A DNA stretch of 64,000 nt from Styela clava. Taxonomy: Eukaryota. Position 1 is the stretch's first letter, and each line of letters starts with the position of its first letter. Below, one piece after another: positions 38,301 through 52,493 of this stretch. A model generated the notes under the pieces. That model ran no database searches. It was not told where the DNA came from and was given only the letters and a program-made list of their open reading frames with translations. The stretch lies in the NCBI RefSeq assembly GCF_964204865.1, contig NC_135258.1, forward strand, positions 10,540,001 to 10,604,000, given 5' to 3'. A program made the position numbers and the translations under genes.

Positions 38301-41300
38301 TAAATATAATATACAACAAGCAACACACAGAATTGAATATGGATAAGCAATAAGTTTCCATTGGAAACTCAGCAGCAAAGTCACAGATAAACAGTAATTT
38401 TTTAGTTTTCTATTTTTATCATTATCAGTTTTAAATAGACGAACTAAACGTCTTCATCATATCGGGTGCCCATAAAGTCCTTTTATTTTTTTTTTAAATA
38501 GCAAAGGGAATTTATGGATACCATAATTATATTGTTTTGGCTCTCACAGATGTATTAATGAAGTAAAAATACTTGAACAATTACAGATTAAAAAATAACA
38601 TACCTGGTTATTAAGATTTAATAAGAATTGACTTCATAACAAAATTGAAACTGTAAAGGGACTTTATAGACATCCTGTACTGTCATACGTAAGCCTTTGA
38701 TTTCCTAAAATAACAAGTTTTCAGATGAAGGTATTCTGAATTATTCATTATTAAATCAAGAATTTCAAATATAATTAATTCAGATTTGATTCTTATATTC
38801 GTTCGTCATCGACGCCATACTCATAATGTTATTAAACACAGTATTTAATATTTCCTCACCAACTTAATGACAAAAGATTCCACTTTAAATGCCAGCATTG
38901 TCATTTCAACAATTATTATTTGAAAATCCTTTCTATGAAAACTAGCTCTATAATGGAAGATTACTGTATAAAATTCTATGTATGTATGATTGTAAATTGT
39001 GAGCCATGATAGATACAGCATTATCCAAGGTTATTTTTTGTGTAACATATTTTATAATGACATATAATTACCAGTGTCCACTTAAAATAGGAAGTCTGTG
39101 TCTGGAAATCTGAATTCAACTGTGAAAAACAGGACGATTATTTGAAGACAAATTATAAAACTAAATATCATAAATGGAAAATATGTTTTGATTATCACAT
39201 TTAAAAAAAAATAAATTGACCTCGTTTTTGGGTTTCCAAAATAAATTATTTGTGTTATTTCTATGGGTTTACTATTTTAAATCAACCTTGGAATTTTCTC
39301 CTTGTCATACGAAACTACATACCTCCTGTGTGGCATCGCTTCACTTGACAGGAATTCTAAAACTTTAGTGCTATCACCCTGTGTACTTTCACACACCCAC
39401 AGACATCAATTAGTCTGGGTGTTGATAACATTTTGACAGTAATTCTGTTCCATATGATTTTTGGTGTGGGAAAATGAAGATTGTGTTGCTGCCTATGCTC
39501 AGATTATTCAAAATAATGTGATTGATTGTGCTCTATTGAAAATTTATAAAAGTTTGTTATTCTCGAATTTGTAATAAACCCTGGGGTAATAAACCCTAGG
39601 GTACTAGGATATGTGTTTTATTGAACTGCAAGTCCTTTCTCCTTGTTTATTTTGTACTTCGGATTCGTATGTGTTCGTCACGAGGGTGCTTGAACGAGAT
39701 ATTAGTATAAGGATAAATAAATAAGAATAGTATAATCTCGTTTCACAAAATAGCAAGTATATTTGGCGTTAGCTATCGTTTGATCATAGTCTCAATTCTT
39801 ATCGAACAGCTTATCGAATCGAATAGCTTACAAATATACTCGTTATTCTGTGGAAAGAGATTATGATATTACTATTTATCTGTCTAATCTTTGTTTATGA
39901 TTTTTTTTTTAATTCATTATGTCCTGAAGAAGATTTTTTGTTGGTCAAGTTACATTTTCACCCTGAACAAGTCTCTATGCAAGCAACTGATAGGAAAGGA
40001 GAAAGATGCTGACAAAATTAGGAATGACCGTAGTTTTTTAGGTTCTGCATAGTCTATCCAATTTTTGCACCCTTCGTTCCCTGGGGTAAATTCATACATT
40101 AATTCCTTTCTTATCCAAGTGGGAAACCATATGTCAATTTAAGGATTTGGAATGTCTCTTTCAAGCTAAAGAGCCCTTTTTCTTCAACATGTTATTATAT
40201 TCAAACATCTGTGCTAGCCTTGTTGTTATGTAGTTATCGTTCAACCATTACTTTTCTTTTGTAAATAATTCAAAGGAATGCAGAAATGGTCTTAAACTCA
40301 GATGAACTATGGGTGGGATATAATACACGGTTACTGCTGTAACATCATGACAATTTTTCCATTTTTTTTTACCATTTTTCCAATTTTTATATGGTTTTCT
40401 TCAAACATGTGGCATCTATTTTTTCGCTTGTTTCACACCCGATGGCTCACTTTATAAAAAAATATTTTTATTATTTTAAAATTTATTTTTTCTTATATTA
40501 TGATCGTATATATAAACACAAAACATTCAGACATAGGGAGCTTTTGCATTCGTGTGAAACTTTCCTATTTGCCATAATTTAAACTATTTGCTTACACTCA
40601 AATGAAGTGATCTTATTAAAGTATTAAAAATAACATTTCTGCTTATGAACCAGGACACTCAACAACTCAATTTGACCAATCAATATTTGTTTTCTCATAC
40701 CAAGTTAAAAATTGATTTATATTATAACTTATAAGATTATATGCCAATTTACAATCTTGGAATGCTCAATTCAATAATTTTAATCTTCTACATCCTACTG
40801 CATTATGTGTAATATATCTTCATCTTATGTCTAGTGCAATCGATGGGAAGTTGTATGCAGTAGGTGGACGTAATGCAGCAGGTGAATTATCCAATGTTGA
40901 ATGCTATAATCCACAATTTAATGAATGGACATTTGTTGAAAAAATGAGGGAACCACATTATGGACATGCAGGTATTTATTTACATAACTAATATAAGTTT
41001 ATCAGAAACTTTTTTGCTCCACCCCCTAGCTCCGAAAACACAGTATATTCGAACTTTTACTCCAACAACAGAGCTTCATTTTGCTACGTCTTTATAGACA
41101 TTGATGTTTCGTGATATGCAATGCAATTTTGCGACAGTGGGATGATATAAAGCAGGGGTGGGCAAATTACTGGCCGGATCCGGCCCATCAAACTGCTTCA
41201 TTGGGCCCACTTGTGTCTGCTGAAATTATGACTATAGTTTTTATGGATATAAGTTTCTATTGATAATATCGATGAAAATAATGTCATATTGACTCTGATT

Positions 41301-44300
41301 GGTACATTGTGCTTATTATTACATAATTGTTAGCCTAGCTGTTATAAGTAAACTGTTTTTTTATTCATAGTTTTTCATATTCCACTCAGAAAAGTAATTG
41401 CCCAACCCTGATATAGTGGTTTCAAATTTTGAAATTAACCTCAAAACTTTTTATTATACGTGTTTAACTTTGAAATTAATATTAGAAATTAATTACCTAT
41501 TGAAAAAAAACAAAAAATTACAAGCAGAAAAGATAGAGATTCCAATATTTTATGAAGTTTCAGGAAATTCTCAATATTAATAACAAGTAATTGAATCAAA
41601 TTTAGTAGCTTCAGCTTCATCTATTACAGCAACCTTGGCACCAGTTCCGACGCCAGTAGGCAGTAGGACTGTGTCTATAAATTTTAAATCCTTCCCAGGG
41701 TATTTAATTGTTCAAAAAGAACCAGTCGAATCAAGACAACTGAAATTTGAGATCTATTGTAAGGCAATACTTAGTCAGCATCCTCTTTTATCTATATGCC
41801 ATTATATTTCCCTTGAGCCGCTCTGACGGATGTATCTTGATCAAACATGGGCCTTCGATCTACCTCACTGCCTTGCCTGCGACCTATGCTTGATTGAACA
41901 TGATTTTGTCACTTAATATTGTCCCACTCAACAACACTTGAATAAGCTTGAGTCAGAATAAATACTGTTTTAGTCAATAGAAATTTGTATCATATGCCAG
42001 ATTGCTGATAGGGTTCATTACCTATAAAGGATTTGGTTGCCGGCACTGGTTATTTCTCATGCTACATACCTTACAATCCTTTCTAATGCGGCGTGATACA
42101 CCACAAACATTTTTTACTCTCTCGTGACAGATTTGGAGCTGTAATTTCATCTTAGGCACAGATTGGTTTAGTTGAATTCCGTTCTTTTCACACAATCAAG
42201 GCCATATGTTAACTTGACAAAATGTGTACAAAATGCCACAGAAACCACATTACATTGTTACAAGACCTTGTGTTCCTATATTATGGGGCAAATATCACTG
42301 TTATCTTTCTAATTTTATTAATATTTTAATTTGATTCGCGTGCAGCACATTTCCCATTATATAAAAAATTTGGTTTCCCAATTTTTGTGCCATCTTACAT
42401 TATTTATCATTATCCAGATTTCGTAGATTACAGACAGCATACTAATTTTATGTTCTAATTTTGTGCTAGAATAAAACATACCACCATAGGCCAAATGAGT
42501 GTTCCGAAAATATCATGCTGATTTATACAATTTGCTCGTTAGACATCAATAAAGCCATTTGAATTGAGTAGTCATGTGTATAATATTATCCATAATGTTG
42601 CATCTACCTAATCTTTACTACTTCAAAGTCGGTACATAAAATCAATTTTGAATCATTGTTGTACTAAAATTTCAAATTATGTATAATATTCAAGTTAAAT
42701 GATAGAATGTCTTACTATTTGAGTATTGATATAATTAATTCAATGTCTGATATCGCTGACTCAAGCACCTTCTTTTTCCAGGTACAGTCTACAATGGTAA
42801 AATGTATATATCTGGTGGAATTACACATGACTCTTTCCAGAAGGAATTATTATGCTATGATCCTATCACCGATAAATGGGAACAAAGGTATTGTATTTTG
42901 TTTATAAAATGTTCACCTGAAAATAACAGTTGAATATCTTGAATTTTTATCTTTGTGGAATTTCCATTCAACGAATACAAGTTTTATGTTCCCACTGTCT
43001 GAGGCAGTGGTTCCCAAACTTTTTAGTATAGTTACCCCAAAATCGATTTACCAAAAGCCTAATTACCCCTTTCGTAAACTCGGAGGACATTAGGTCAAAA
43101 AATTTTAATCCTTCCCTGAAAATGATGGAACATTCAGGTTATAGGCCAACCAAAATTTTGCAATCTGTCTTTGCAAAGTCAATTTTGAGCCTTGAATTTC
43201 TGATTCATATCATTATCACTAAGCATGAGCAAAAATGGAGAAAACACCATCACTCCTCCCAGTCCAATTGTTATGATGTCTCTGCCAGCCGCACTCCTGA
43301 CTGCATTGTGACATAACAATGTTGGCTGCCTAGATCTCCGTTTGCCTGCCTAACACTGCACGACTGGTTTTCCCGTAGACCAACAAAAATCGGTAATTAC
43401 AAAAGAAATAAGATATTGAACTTTTGTATTATCCCCCTAAAATTGTCAAATGACCCCCAGTTTGGGAACCACTGGTCTAAGGCGTTGCAACCACCCCCAT
43501 TAAAGTTTTTATAAACGCTTATCTAAAAACTAAAGACCATGTTTGTCGTGTTATCAATATCAATAAAAATGTCCACATTTGCAGTGCGCTAACAAATCTA
43601 AATTTCTGCTCTGGTGACCGCATTCCCACCCGAACAGCTAGTGTTGAAAGTGTTTTGTATATGCCACTTTTATTTTTCTTGCGTGTGATCGGCTTTGAAT
43701 GTCTATTGGAGAATTAATCATGTTTGCACAATTGAATATGAGAATATTCTCAGTTATTAATTAATAAAGTCTTGTTGTTTTGGACAATGAAAATCCCACT
43801 GATATTTTTTAGGTTTATTCCTTTGATTCGATTGCAACATTTAATTGACTATTCTCTGTTTTTAGACGCCAGATGTCGACAGTCCGAGGTTTACATTGCA
43901 TGACAACTGTTCGTGATAGGTTGTATGTGATTGGTGGGAACCATTTTAAAGGTATATCGGAATAAGTATTATTTTCAATATGGAGCATGGTTGATGAGAT
44001 GAGATCCTTATAAATTATAGTTTAACAATATTTTTAAATATGCATAAAATCATTTGGTATAACTTTGCTCTACAATGGTTTGAGTTTGTCTACTTTTTTT
44101 AAATTTTTCTGATTGGCGGTAAAATTATTCGCTAAGCAGCATTATGTGGACACCAGCACTGTGTACAAAGTCTGTTATGCTACCATTGCCACCCACGACT
44201 TTAAGAATGTCGAAATTCATCAACTCAATGATTTCATCACTTTCCTAAAATCAGTAAAATTTGGCGTAAAACAATGAGAGCCAGAGAGGTTAGAGGAACA

Positions 44301-46451
44301 TTAGAGAAAATAAAAGTAATAGCCTTCAATGCAGCATTTCCATTTCGAACATGATATTTCTATCAAGAGGAAGGGATTTTTTTCACCGACGACAACAAGA
44401 AACTAGCAAAATGATTCACACCGTGTGCTAAAAAACTTATACTTGCTTTTTGTGTTATTCAGGCACTACAGACTATGATGATGTATTAGAATGTGAATAT
44501 TATTCACCAGACCTTGACCAATGGACAGCTGTAGCTCCTATGTTAACGGGGCAGAGCGATGTGGGTGTAGCTGTATTCAAAGAAAAAATATTTGTTACTG
44601 GTGAGTTTAAGAGGCTTAAAGCTTTTTCCAATGTTAGACAATTTTTTAGGTTTCATAATAGTCTTCTTTTTATGTTTTTTTGGAGAATTTCAGGCTTTAT
44701 TATTATATCCCTTATGATATATATTTTGGATCACATTAAGTTTTCCCTCAAGCCGAAATATGTGATTGACGGGATGTTTAAGGAATTGGTCAGGGATCAT
44801 TTTTTTCAGTATACACATATTAAAAGTTTCTGTTTGTTCTGTTTGTTCTATACCAAGCAGGTGGCCAACCTGCTTCCGACCACGATCCGACTGCACACAA
44901 AAAATTCCAACGCTGCCAATAAGAAGGCTTTGTGGGCACACTATTATTAAAATCGACACAAAATTTGTATTTTTATTACACAAATGCAATTTCCTCAGAT
45001 CCTCAAAATGTGATAAGCTAGTTTAGCTCCACTGCGATTTATCTATATATAGTGTGGGAAAAAAGTAGGGTAACAGTTATTAAATAACTTGTTATCAATG
45101 AATATTATCCTACTTTCGGACAACCCTGTATATATCACGAGCAATAAATACGTTGCCCAATATCCAACCACTAATTGTTTTCATTGGAAGGACGTGGGAC
45201 GTGGTTATGTACAAGTAGATTGCTGAATGTATTGCAGACAAGTTAGAAATAGGCTCTAAAATTCATTAACATTATTCATTAACGATTTCTAGGAGGATAT
45301 TCATGGAACAATCGATGCATGGTTGACATCGTACAATGCTATGATCCAGAGTCAGATAAATGGAGTAAAACATTTTCTCTACCTGCCGCGCTTGGTGGGA
45401 TTCGAGCGTGCACTTTAACTGTGTTGCCACATTTTACGCAACCTCAATGTATAGTGGAAAACAGCACCGGAAGTCCAGTAACAATGGATAGTTCAATGAG
45501 TAAGTGTGACACTTTTTTAACTTTTCCTGTTTCTTTTTTACACAAGGCTATTTTTGCAAGAATTTGTGATATCTTCTCTGAAATATTTGTGTGAAAAACA
45601 AGCATATTTTGAAGATTATGAAATATTGATGTACTAATCAATTTGAAAATTTGAATATACATGTTGCGAATATTTAATTTAAAAAGCAAAAATTGCAATG
45701 TCATGACTTCAAACTCTTTCTCCCTGTGTATTTGATTTATAAAACGGATTGAAGAAAATAGTTTTTTTTTAAAATACTTAATTATTCTATACATTGAGTT
45801 TTTCATATGGAATTAACCATACCCAGGGCCAGATCCCATAAAATTTGGACGCCTATAATGGTCTCGTAACTTCTTATCATGTAGAATTTCGAACAAAACC
45901 TGAATATGTTGGCATCACAGGTTATTTCTCCTCCGGTTTACTCTTAACCGATGTCGATTGGAGTAACTAGTTTGATAATTATTAAGATAAATGCTGATTC
46001 AAAAGTGATTTTTCAGTTATTAATTTAGGGTGAAATAACATTAGTTTAATGAGAACACTGTTGTTAGTTCAACAACAAATTGACTATTCATGATTGTTCT
46101 TGTGTCCCCTGTTCCTCACTTTATTCTGTATATATCCACTGCTTCTGTGTGCGATCACTAGCTAAAGAACAATTGAGAGTTATTCATTATGTTTTTACAC
46201 TCGTATTCTATGTCACAAAATAGCATTGCCTGCATATTGCTTTCATGCAGCAAGTTTAAATCTCATTTGAAGTTTTCTGTATGTATATTTTTCTGCCATG
46301 ACAAAAAAGTTATTTAGAGCTATCTTCACTTGCAGGTGACCTACCAGGACCAAGCAACAGAGATGATAACGTTGGCCAACCAGTCGACAGACCTAACCCA
46401 AGACATTCAAGGCAAAGTTTAAATTTTGATGTAGATATGGCAGCTGTTTAA
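29344..46451 (+). CDS. KLHL13: Kelch-like protein, KLHL9/KLHL13 orthologue (BTB-BACK-Kelch, CUL3 adaptor family)
   Basis: Exons 29344-29380, 30188-30385, 31590-31780, 34374-34562, 34726-34869, 35402-35546, 36404-36503, 37931-38104, 40835-40971, 42782-42887, 43866-43951, 44463-44600, 45293-45499, 46336-46451 (TAA), with compatible phases. [53 protein letters not shown] and [15 protein letters not shown] are characteristic of KLHL9/13. First and last exons are less certain. Confidence 0.92.
29466..29862. mobile_element. MITE in kelch gene intron 1
   Basis: 16-bp TIR gcgtagcataacaatt / aattgttatgctacgc, plus subterminal inverted aatcctaaccc..cccatctgacta / tagtcaggtgggggttaggatt. Confidence 0.8.
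32866..33068 (+). mobile_element. ~200-bp MITE family, copy 1
   Basis: ccaatatggaggtagctaatt...ggggtatattcacttggctaacacagacagtcccc...aaccctaacctggtacacac; homologous to 36092 and 46626. Confidence 0.8.
36092..36296 (+). mobile_element. ~200-bp MITE family, copy 2
   Basis: Same family; imperfect TIR gtgtacca / tggtacac. Confidence 0.8.
41153..41410. mobile_element. hAT MITE
   Basis: TIRs caggggtgggcaaatt / aattgcccaaccctg; degenerate TSD atataaag/atatagtg. Confidence 0.72.
43005..43474. mobile_element. hAT MITE
   Basis: Perfect TIR cagtggttcccaaact / agtttgggaaccactg; TSD gtctgagg/gtctaagg. Confidence 0.88.
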
Positions 46452-46625
46452 CATATTATTTTTGACGATCTTTTTTATGATAAACCGCTGGAATGTGACA
46501 ATCTTCTATTATGTATATTACGCTCAGGCTGCCGTATCAAATATGAAGCTTTAATGAGCCTAAAGCTTTTATGAATTTGCTTTCATGCATTGACTTTACT
46601 CAGTTTTTATTATGTCAAAACCTGG

Positions 46626-46837
46626 GCGCTTCAGAAGTGTGTGTACCAATATGGAGGTAGCTAATTTTGTTCGCCCATTTTACACCAAGTTGTGTAAAGG
46701 GGCCGGAACCTATGGGCAGGGGGATATTCACTTGGCTAACACAGATAGTCTCCAAACTCGTAGTAAAACTAAAATAAGGAAAATCGGAATAAAATTATGG
46801 CCTAACCCTAACCTGATACACACACTACGGCAGTACC
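46626..46837 (+). mobile_element. ~200-bp MITE family, copy 3, in probable kelch 3' UTR
   Basis: gaagtgtgtgtacca ... cctaaccctaacctgatacacacactac. Confidence 0.8.
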
Positions 46838-49801
46838 AAAACTGGAATGGGAAGGTTTATTCCGATCTTTTGAATGAATAGATCATCAATTCTAACTGAG
46901 TTAGTCTAACTCTTCTTTACCTCTTAGTGCCCGTTTCATCGGCTTCACATCAAGTGGTTTGTTTTAGGAAGCATGTTCATGTCTTTCAGTCTTAAAATAT
47001 TTTCCACTAATATATGGCTGCGTATTATATCCCTCAAGTAAGCCTTGCAATATTGATATTATTTTTATGTAAGAAATGATGACCAAAGAGAAATGTGTGC
47101 GAACGGCAATGGAATATTGTATGCTCTTTGTAAAGTCTCATGAAAGTCATTCATTAAGACTAAAATATTTTAAGAAGAATTTGCCAATTAGTTAGAAAAT
47201 CAAAGGAAAATAAAGTTGGCAAATTTGTGCGTGCCTTTACAATATAAATCTAACTAATTTAGTACATGAGTTTGTTGATCGGTGTTTTAGATACCCAAAG
47301 AAATTTTTTTGATTGCATTTGAGTTCATTTCCATTTAAAAGCATTCTTATTAACCAAAACTGCTGTTTTTCAATTTTTGAAACTTGTTTTTCACATCATG
47401 ATTAAATTCCAATATTGGTAAATAGAGTTCTAGAGTGCCAGCCTATGTGGGTATAGACATACCTAGTCCATATGCTCTTTACTCTCTCTTTTCTTCTGTT
47501 TACTTTTGCTTTCTTCTTATTTTCTGAATTTGAAAGTGTATTTACGCCTTGTTTACTCTTAATTATTGAACTCTAGGACTATTCAGTTGTGGTATTTTTG
47601 TCACTGCTTGAGGAATAGCATTTTACAAAGAATGTGTACTATTCTGACCCATGTTGAAACGATCGATCGCTTTTTCATTGAATTTATATAGCACAATATA
47701 CACATTCTTGTAAGGTGAAGTTTATTTCAAATACTTTTACAGCGTATTTTAGTGATATTTATCCTGACCACCGTCCATTATTATCTACTTCCATCTGTTA
47801 TGATGTTTCTGACTGGTCTCAATCAGCATAAATTAATGATTGAACATATCAATATCAAGCATATTCACACAATATAAGCTTTGGGCTATAACCAATCTTC
47901 CCTGAAGTGATTCTTATTTTAATGAAGGTTGGATATTCATTTAGTAACATGGTATTGTTTTCATACTTGAAGTATATATTTATCTCATGGTTCTTACAAA
48001 TGGATAGATGGGATTCGGTTTCGCATTCACAATTTTTGAATACCCGGGCGGCTCTTTATAAGAATCTTATTTTCAGTATTATGTGAATCTTCACACTTGT
48101 ATGTAATGTAATCTATTTACTATCTATCTGTATTTGACCAAACTCTGTTTTCTTTATTTGAAATATACCATTCAGATTGTATTGGCGTTTTTTTTTTCAA
48201 TATCTCTCAAATATTTTGGAGCAATGTTATGCTAATATTGAAGCAGATTTCTTGTTCTCATCTCGTAGTCGCTTTTCCTGCATCGGTTTATCGTGATGTG
48301 ACTTTTTGTGATTGATGACTGTTAAACTCGAGATACAATGCTTTGCATAACGCCGCGTTGACTGTATCGGGCAATAAAAGTTGTTCAGAAAACAATATTA
48401 AAAGTGTTGCTATTGTCAGGCTATATATTTAATACCTACCTATTGTGCTCATTCGAGGAGCGTCGGGTTCATTTCGACATATTTCAGATTCATAGTTAAA
48501 ACGAATTATAAAATATATTGCGGTCTGTGGTTCAGGGACAGCATTTTTTATCAAAAATTAATATAACTAGCTTACGTAAAGAGTATATTGAGTAATATTG
48601 AATTACGGCGGAAAGATATATATATATAAATTAGAGCAGGTTACTTGACCAGTTTCATGAAAATTTACCATAACTGTCGAGTGGGAAAATAATGTACTAC
48701 TGATAGTTCGACCACTTCTTTAATCAACGTGAAATTCTAAAAAAGCAAACTCTGTGTATACACATGTATTATACACTCTGTGGGTAATTGGACGATGAAC
48801 AATGCAATCACGCCAGTTTAAGCAAGCTGGTTACTAACTGCCCACCCTTACGTGGTTCACAAGTATCTATGAGTGGTAAATAGCAAATAGGTACCATGTG
48901 ATGCTTCACCACGAATTTGATATGAGCTTATAAATATTTATGACATATTACATTTACTGACAAAAGTATCCGTGCAACGGCTTCTTTTTCCATTGGTCAG
49001 GAGAACGATTGACAATTCTTCAAGATTAGAGTTTTAAGTCTGTCGAGGCTTTGCTTAAACCAGGTAGACAACGTAAATTAGATATATTGGACTGATCGAG
49101 TACGGAATTTTACGTGGCATTTGATGTTGGAAAATCTTTGTGTGTCACTTTCAATCTGGTATCAAAACTTTAATGTTGTCTTGGCATGCATCACTCATTG
49201 TTCAAGGTAGGGTAATTTTAGAATATGCCAAAGGACCCAAAACAAAGCCGAAGCATTTTGATAAGCGTAATGAAGAGGAAAAACGAAATATATAATAATA
49301 CGGTATATATATATTAGCATGGGAGCATATAATATGAAGTGATATTTAGTATTGTAATATGAAGTTGTCATTCTTTGGTTTCGTTGCAGTAAATAGCTTA
49401 TTTTTTACTAGAGGACGTTTTAGCAAAATACCATTTCCATGCGTCAGCTTGATTCTGAAGTTGAATCAATAAAATGAATCAAAGTGGGCTTGGGCTATCT
49501 CGCCATATATATTCCTCATTTAAATATCAGGAAAGGAATTACTAACTGCTATCAACTTAGTTTGTTGAATTATAAAAGTGTCTTACATAATAGCGCAGAT
49601 GTCGTAGCCTGCGCTGATTTACTGTGGGCTTTGAAATACCTCCATCACTGTATGTTCGATGTGAAGGAAAAACCGTGTTAATGTAGAATTTGTATCTCCA
49701 TATGAACGTAAATTATGCTGGCAGATGTCGGAAAACGGCGCCTGGTATAAACCACGAACACGGTAAATGCATGTAGGCCTACTTATGCGCTCAAAGAGTA
49801 A

Positions 49802-52493
49802 CATAGGCGTAGCCAGAGGGGGCCATGGCCCCCTCCAAAAATTTCAAGAATTCCATTCCTAATCCACCAGTTTTGTGGCATCGTGTCTCGTCACGCTTGC
49901 TGATTGTCATTGTTATGTCACAAAGACTTGACCGTTCGCTCTTATGAGCAGTATGGGAAAGACTTACTTTCGCAAGCTTTCGGTCAGTTACTCGATCTTG
50001 ATTTGTTCTCGCCGGATTTTTATTCGAAACGCTTGGATTTTGATGACCAAATTACTTCGATGGCTAAATTTAAACAGGCGAAATTCGATAGTTTTGTTCA
50101 GCGAAATAAAGACTCGCTTTCCTCAAATACATCAATAAGCGCTTCTCAGGCTGTGGATGCACCGGTTACGTCAGTTACGTCTATCACTTCTATTCCCGAA
50201 GATGAACTAATAATCAACGAAGGGAAAACAAACGATCTTGGATTTATTCTTAAGAAACATACACAGCTTACCGATGCGGAGAGATACAGGCTTCTAACTT
50301 CGGATGGTCCGAAAAACGTGACGATTCTGGATACTGTTAGACAAAGTCGTCGTAAATTTCTCAAAAAATGGCTTGACGATAACAGATTTTGCAGTTGGTT
50401 AGTTTACACCCAACTCTCTGATGGGGGTGGTTTGTGTAAGATATGCATAGTCATGCAAGCACGTTTGAAGCATGGAACTTTCAGGGACACTGCCTTTGTT
50501 ACAAGACCATGCATTGACTACAAAAAATTTATGGAAAAGGCTGTAGCACACCGAGACACAAATTACCACCGAGAATCAAATATAGCTGCAAAAAATTTTG
50601 TCAAAAGCATGGAAACTGGTCAAAATGTGCGTGCAAACATGGAGGCCCAATATGCTACGCAAACAAAATAAAACAGACGAATAATGACTTCCATTGTTAA
50701 GACTGTCATGTTCTGTGCTTCGGGTAACATACCCTTGCGCGGACATTCCGGGGATAGTGGAAATTTTGTGAACCTTCTTCTATTTCGTATCGACGCAGGG
50801 GATGAAGATTTGAAAAGGCATTTCGCTCGAATGGCCGGAAACGCTAAGTATACAAGCCCGATGATACAAAATGAAATTCTCAAGGTAGCAAGCAACATGA
50901 TAGTGCAAGATATCGTTATGGAGGCTAATAAATCGTTTGTGTCCGTGATAGACAACGAATCATGTGATATTTCTGGGAAAGAACAACTAAGCATCGTTTT
51001 GAGGTATGTGAAAGGTGGTGAAGTGTGCGAGCGCTTCACAGGATTAGTGGAAATGGATTCTGTTTCTGCCGAATCAATTTCCTCAAATATTTTAACCCAC
51101 CTCTCTGGTATAGGAGTGGATTTGCAAAAACTTGTGGGGCAACGACAATGGCAGGTCACGTCAGCGGTGTGCAAAAACGCATTCGTGATAAATACCCGCG
51201 CGCAATATTTGTGCACTGCGCTTCTCATTGTTTGAATTTGGTCATAAATGACCAAAGTAAAGTTGCAATCATCAGAAGCACCTGTGATATCATTCGTGAG
51301 ACTATTCGTTTTTTCAGGGAGAGCCCTTAAAGGCGCGCGGGTTCAGGAATTAACATCCCTTTGTTCTGCCCCACCAGATGGTCTGAGAAGTACATGAGCA
51401 TCCGAATCTTCAAATGCAACTTCAAACGAGTACTTGAGGCTCTTGATTCTTTGGCGAGAGAGGCTAACAGTGAGACGCGGGCGAAGGCTTTTTCTTTGAA
51501 ATCTGCTCTAGAAAAGTCGTCGGTTATCTACGCCGTATGTTTGATTGGACGATATTCGGCACTAATGGAGCCACTAGCGCGCGCACTTCAGGCGGTCGGA
51601 GTCAGTAAAGAACCTCACATCCTCTCTTCAGAGCGTTATCGCTGAAGAACGCAATGACTCTGAAATCGCATTGAATATTTACAAAGAAGCTTGTGAAATA
51701 GCTGGCTTGAAAGAGTTGACAATACCCAGAGTAGTCGAAGTACAAGTTTATCGCGACAATGTCTGTGCTGATTCAGCATCCCAGTATTTTAAACGTTCCG
51801 TATATCTCCCATACGTCGACGGCTTGAGCTGCTCTATTCGGGAACGCTTCATTGACAACCCATCATTTTTTTCATTGCTATCAATTCTTCCACCGAACAA
51901 ACCAGTTCACGTGGATGAGGTAGAGCGTCTGTATTTATTGGATAACCTCCAGAATGAAGTGAGACTGTGGAGAACTTCTTTAAGTTCCGACGTTAACGAC
52001 GAATGTTTGGATGGGCTTCTTCTGAGCGCTCGAGATTATCCAAGCGTGTAAACCGCAATACAGATCGTTATGACGCTACTAGCAACCACCGTTGAGGCTG
52101 AGCGGTCTTTCTCATGCATGAAACGGGTAAAGACATGGCTGCGCTCATCAATGACGTCCAATCGCCTTTCTGATTTGTGTGTGCTTCACTGTCACCGTGA
52201 AATGGTCACCGAGAAGAAAATTAATCGAGTTGTGTCGAGCATAGTTGGCGGGAAGCGAAGGATGGACTTTTAATCGGGGCTATGTATTTTACTTATTCAA
52301 ATTGCGTTGTTAATATTTGTTGTTTCAAATAAAAAATTGTTTATTAATGGATTTTGTATTCACAAAAATCCAGCTGAGTAATTGAATCAGTTTGCTTGTT
52401 GACCAACTGTTGTTGTTTTGCGCTTGAAGAACGGGTGTTTTAAACCCAATATAATTTCTAAAATTTTCAAATTTTGGGCTGGCTACGCCACTG
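49802..52493 (+). mobile_element. Full-length hAT DNA transposon (~2.7 kb)
   Basis: TIRs cataggcgtagccag / ctggctacgccactg (13/15 match); perfect 8-bp TSD aagagtaa at 49794-49801 and 52494-52501. Confidence 0.95.
50060..52273 (+). pseudogene. Inactivated hAT transposase (ZMYM1/THAP12-like: TTF-type zinc finger, DUF4371, hAT dimerisation domain)
   Basis: Motifs WLVY..GGLCKIC, IPLRGH..GNF, YTSPMIQNEI, ESCDISGKEQLSIVLRYV, VHCASHCLNL, CPTRW, AERSFSCMKRVKTWLRSSM. In-frame stops at 50669, 51328 and 52049; frameshifts at ~51140 and ~51605. Confidence 0.92.

Noticed and set aside
32922-46881. Recurring small ORFs with [11 protein letters not shown] (32922, 36070, 46612) as a peptide family
   Set aside because: They are translations of a repeated MITE with inconsistent starts and frames.
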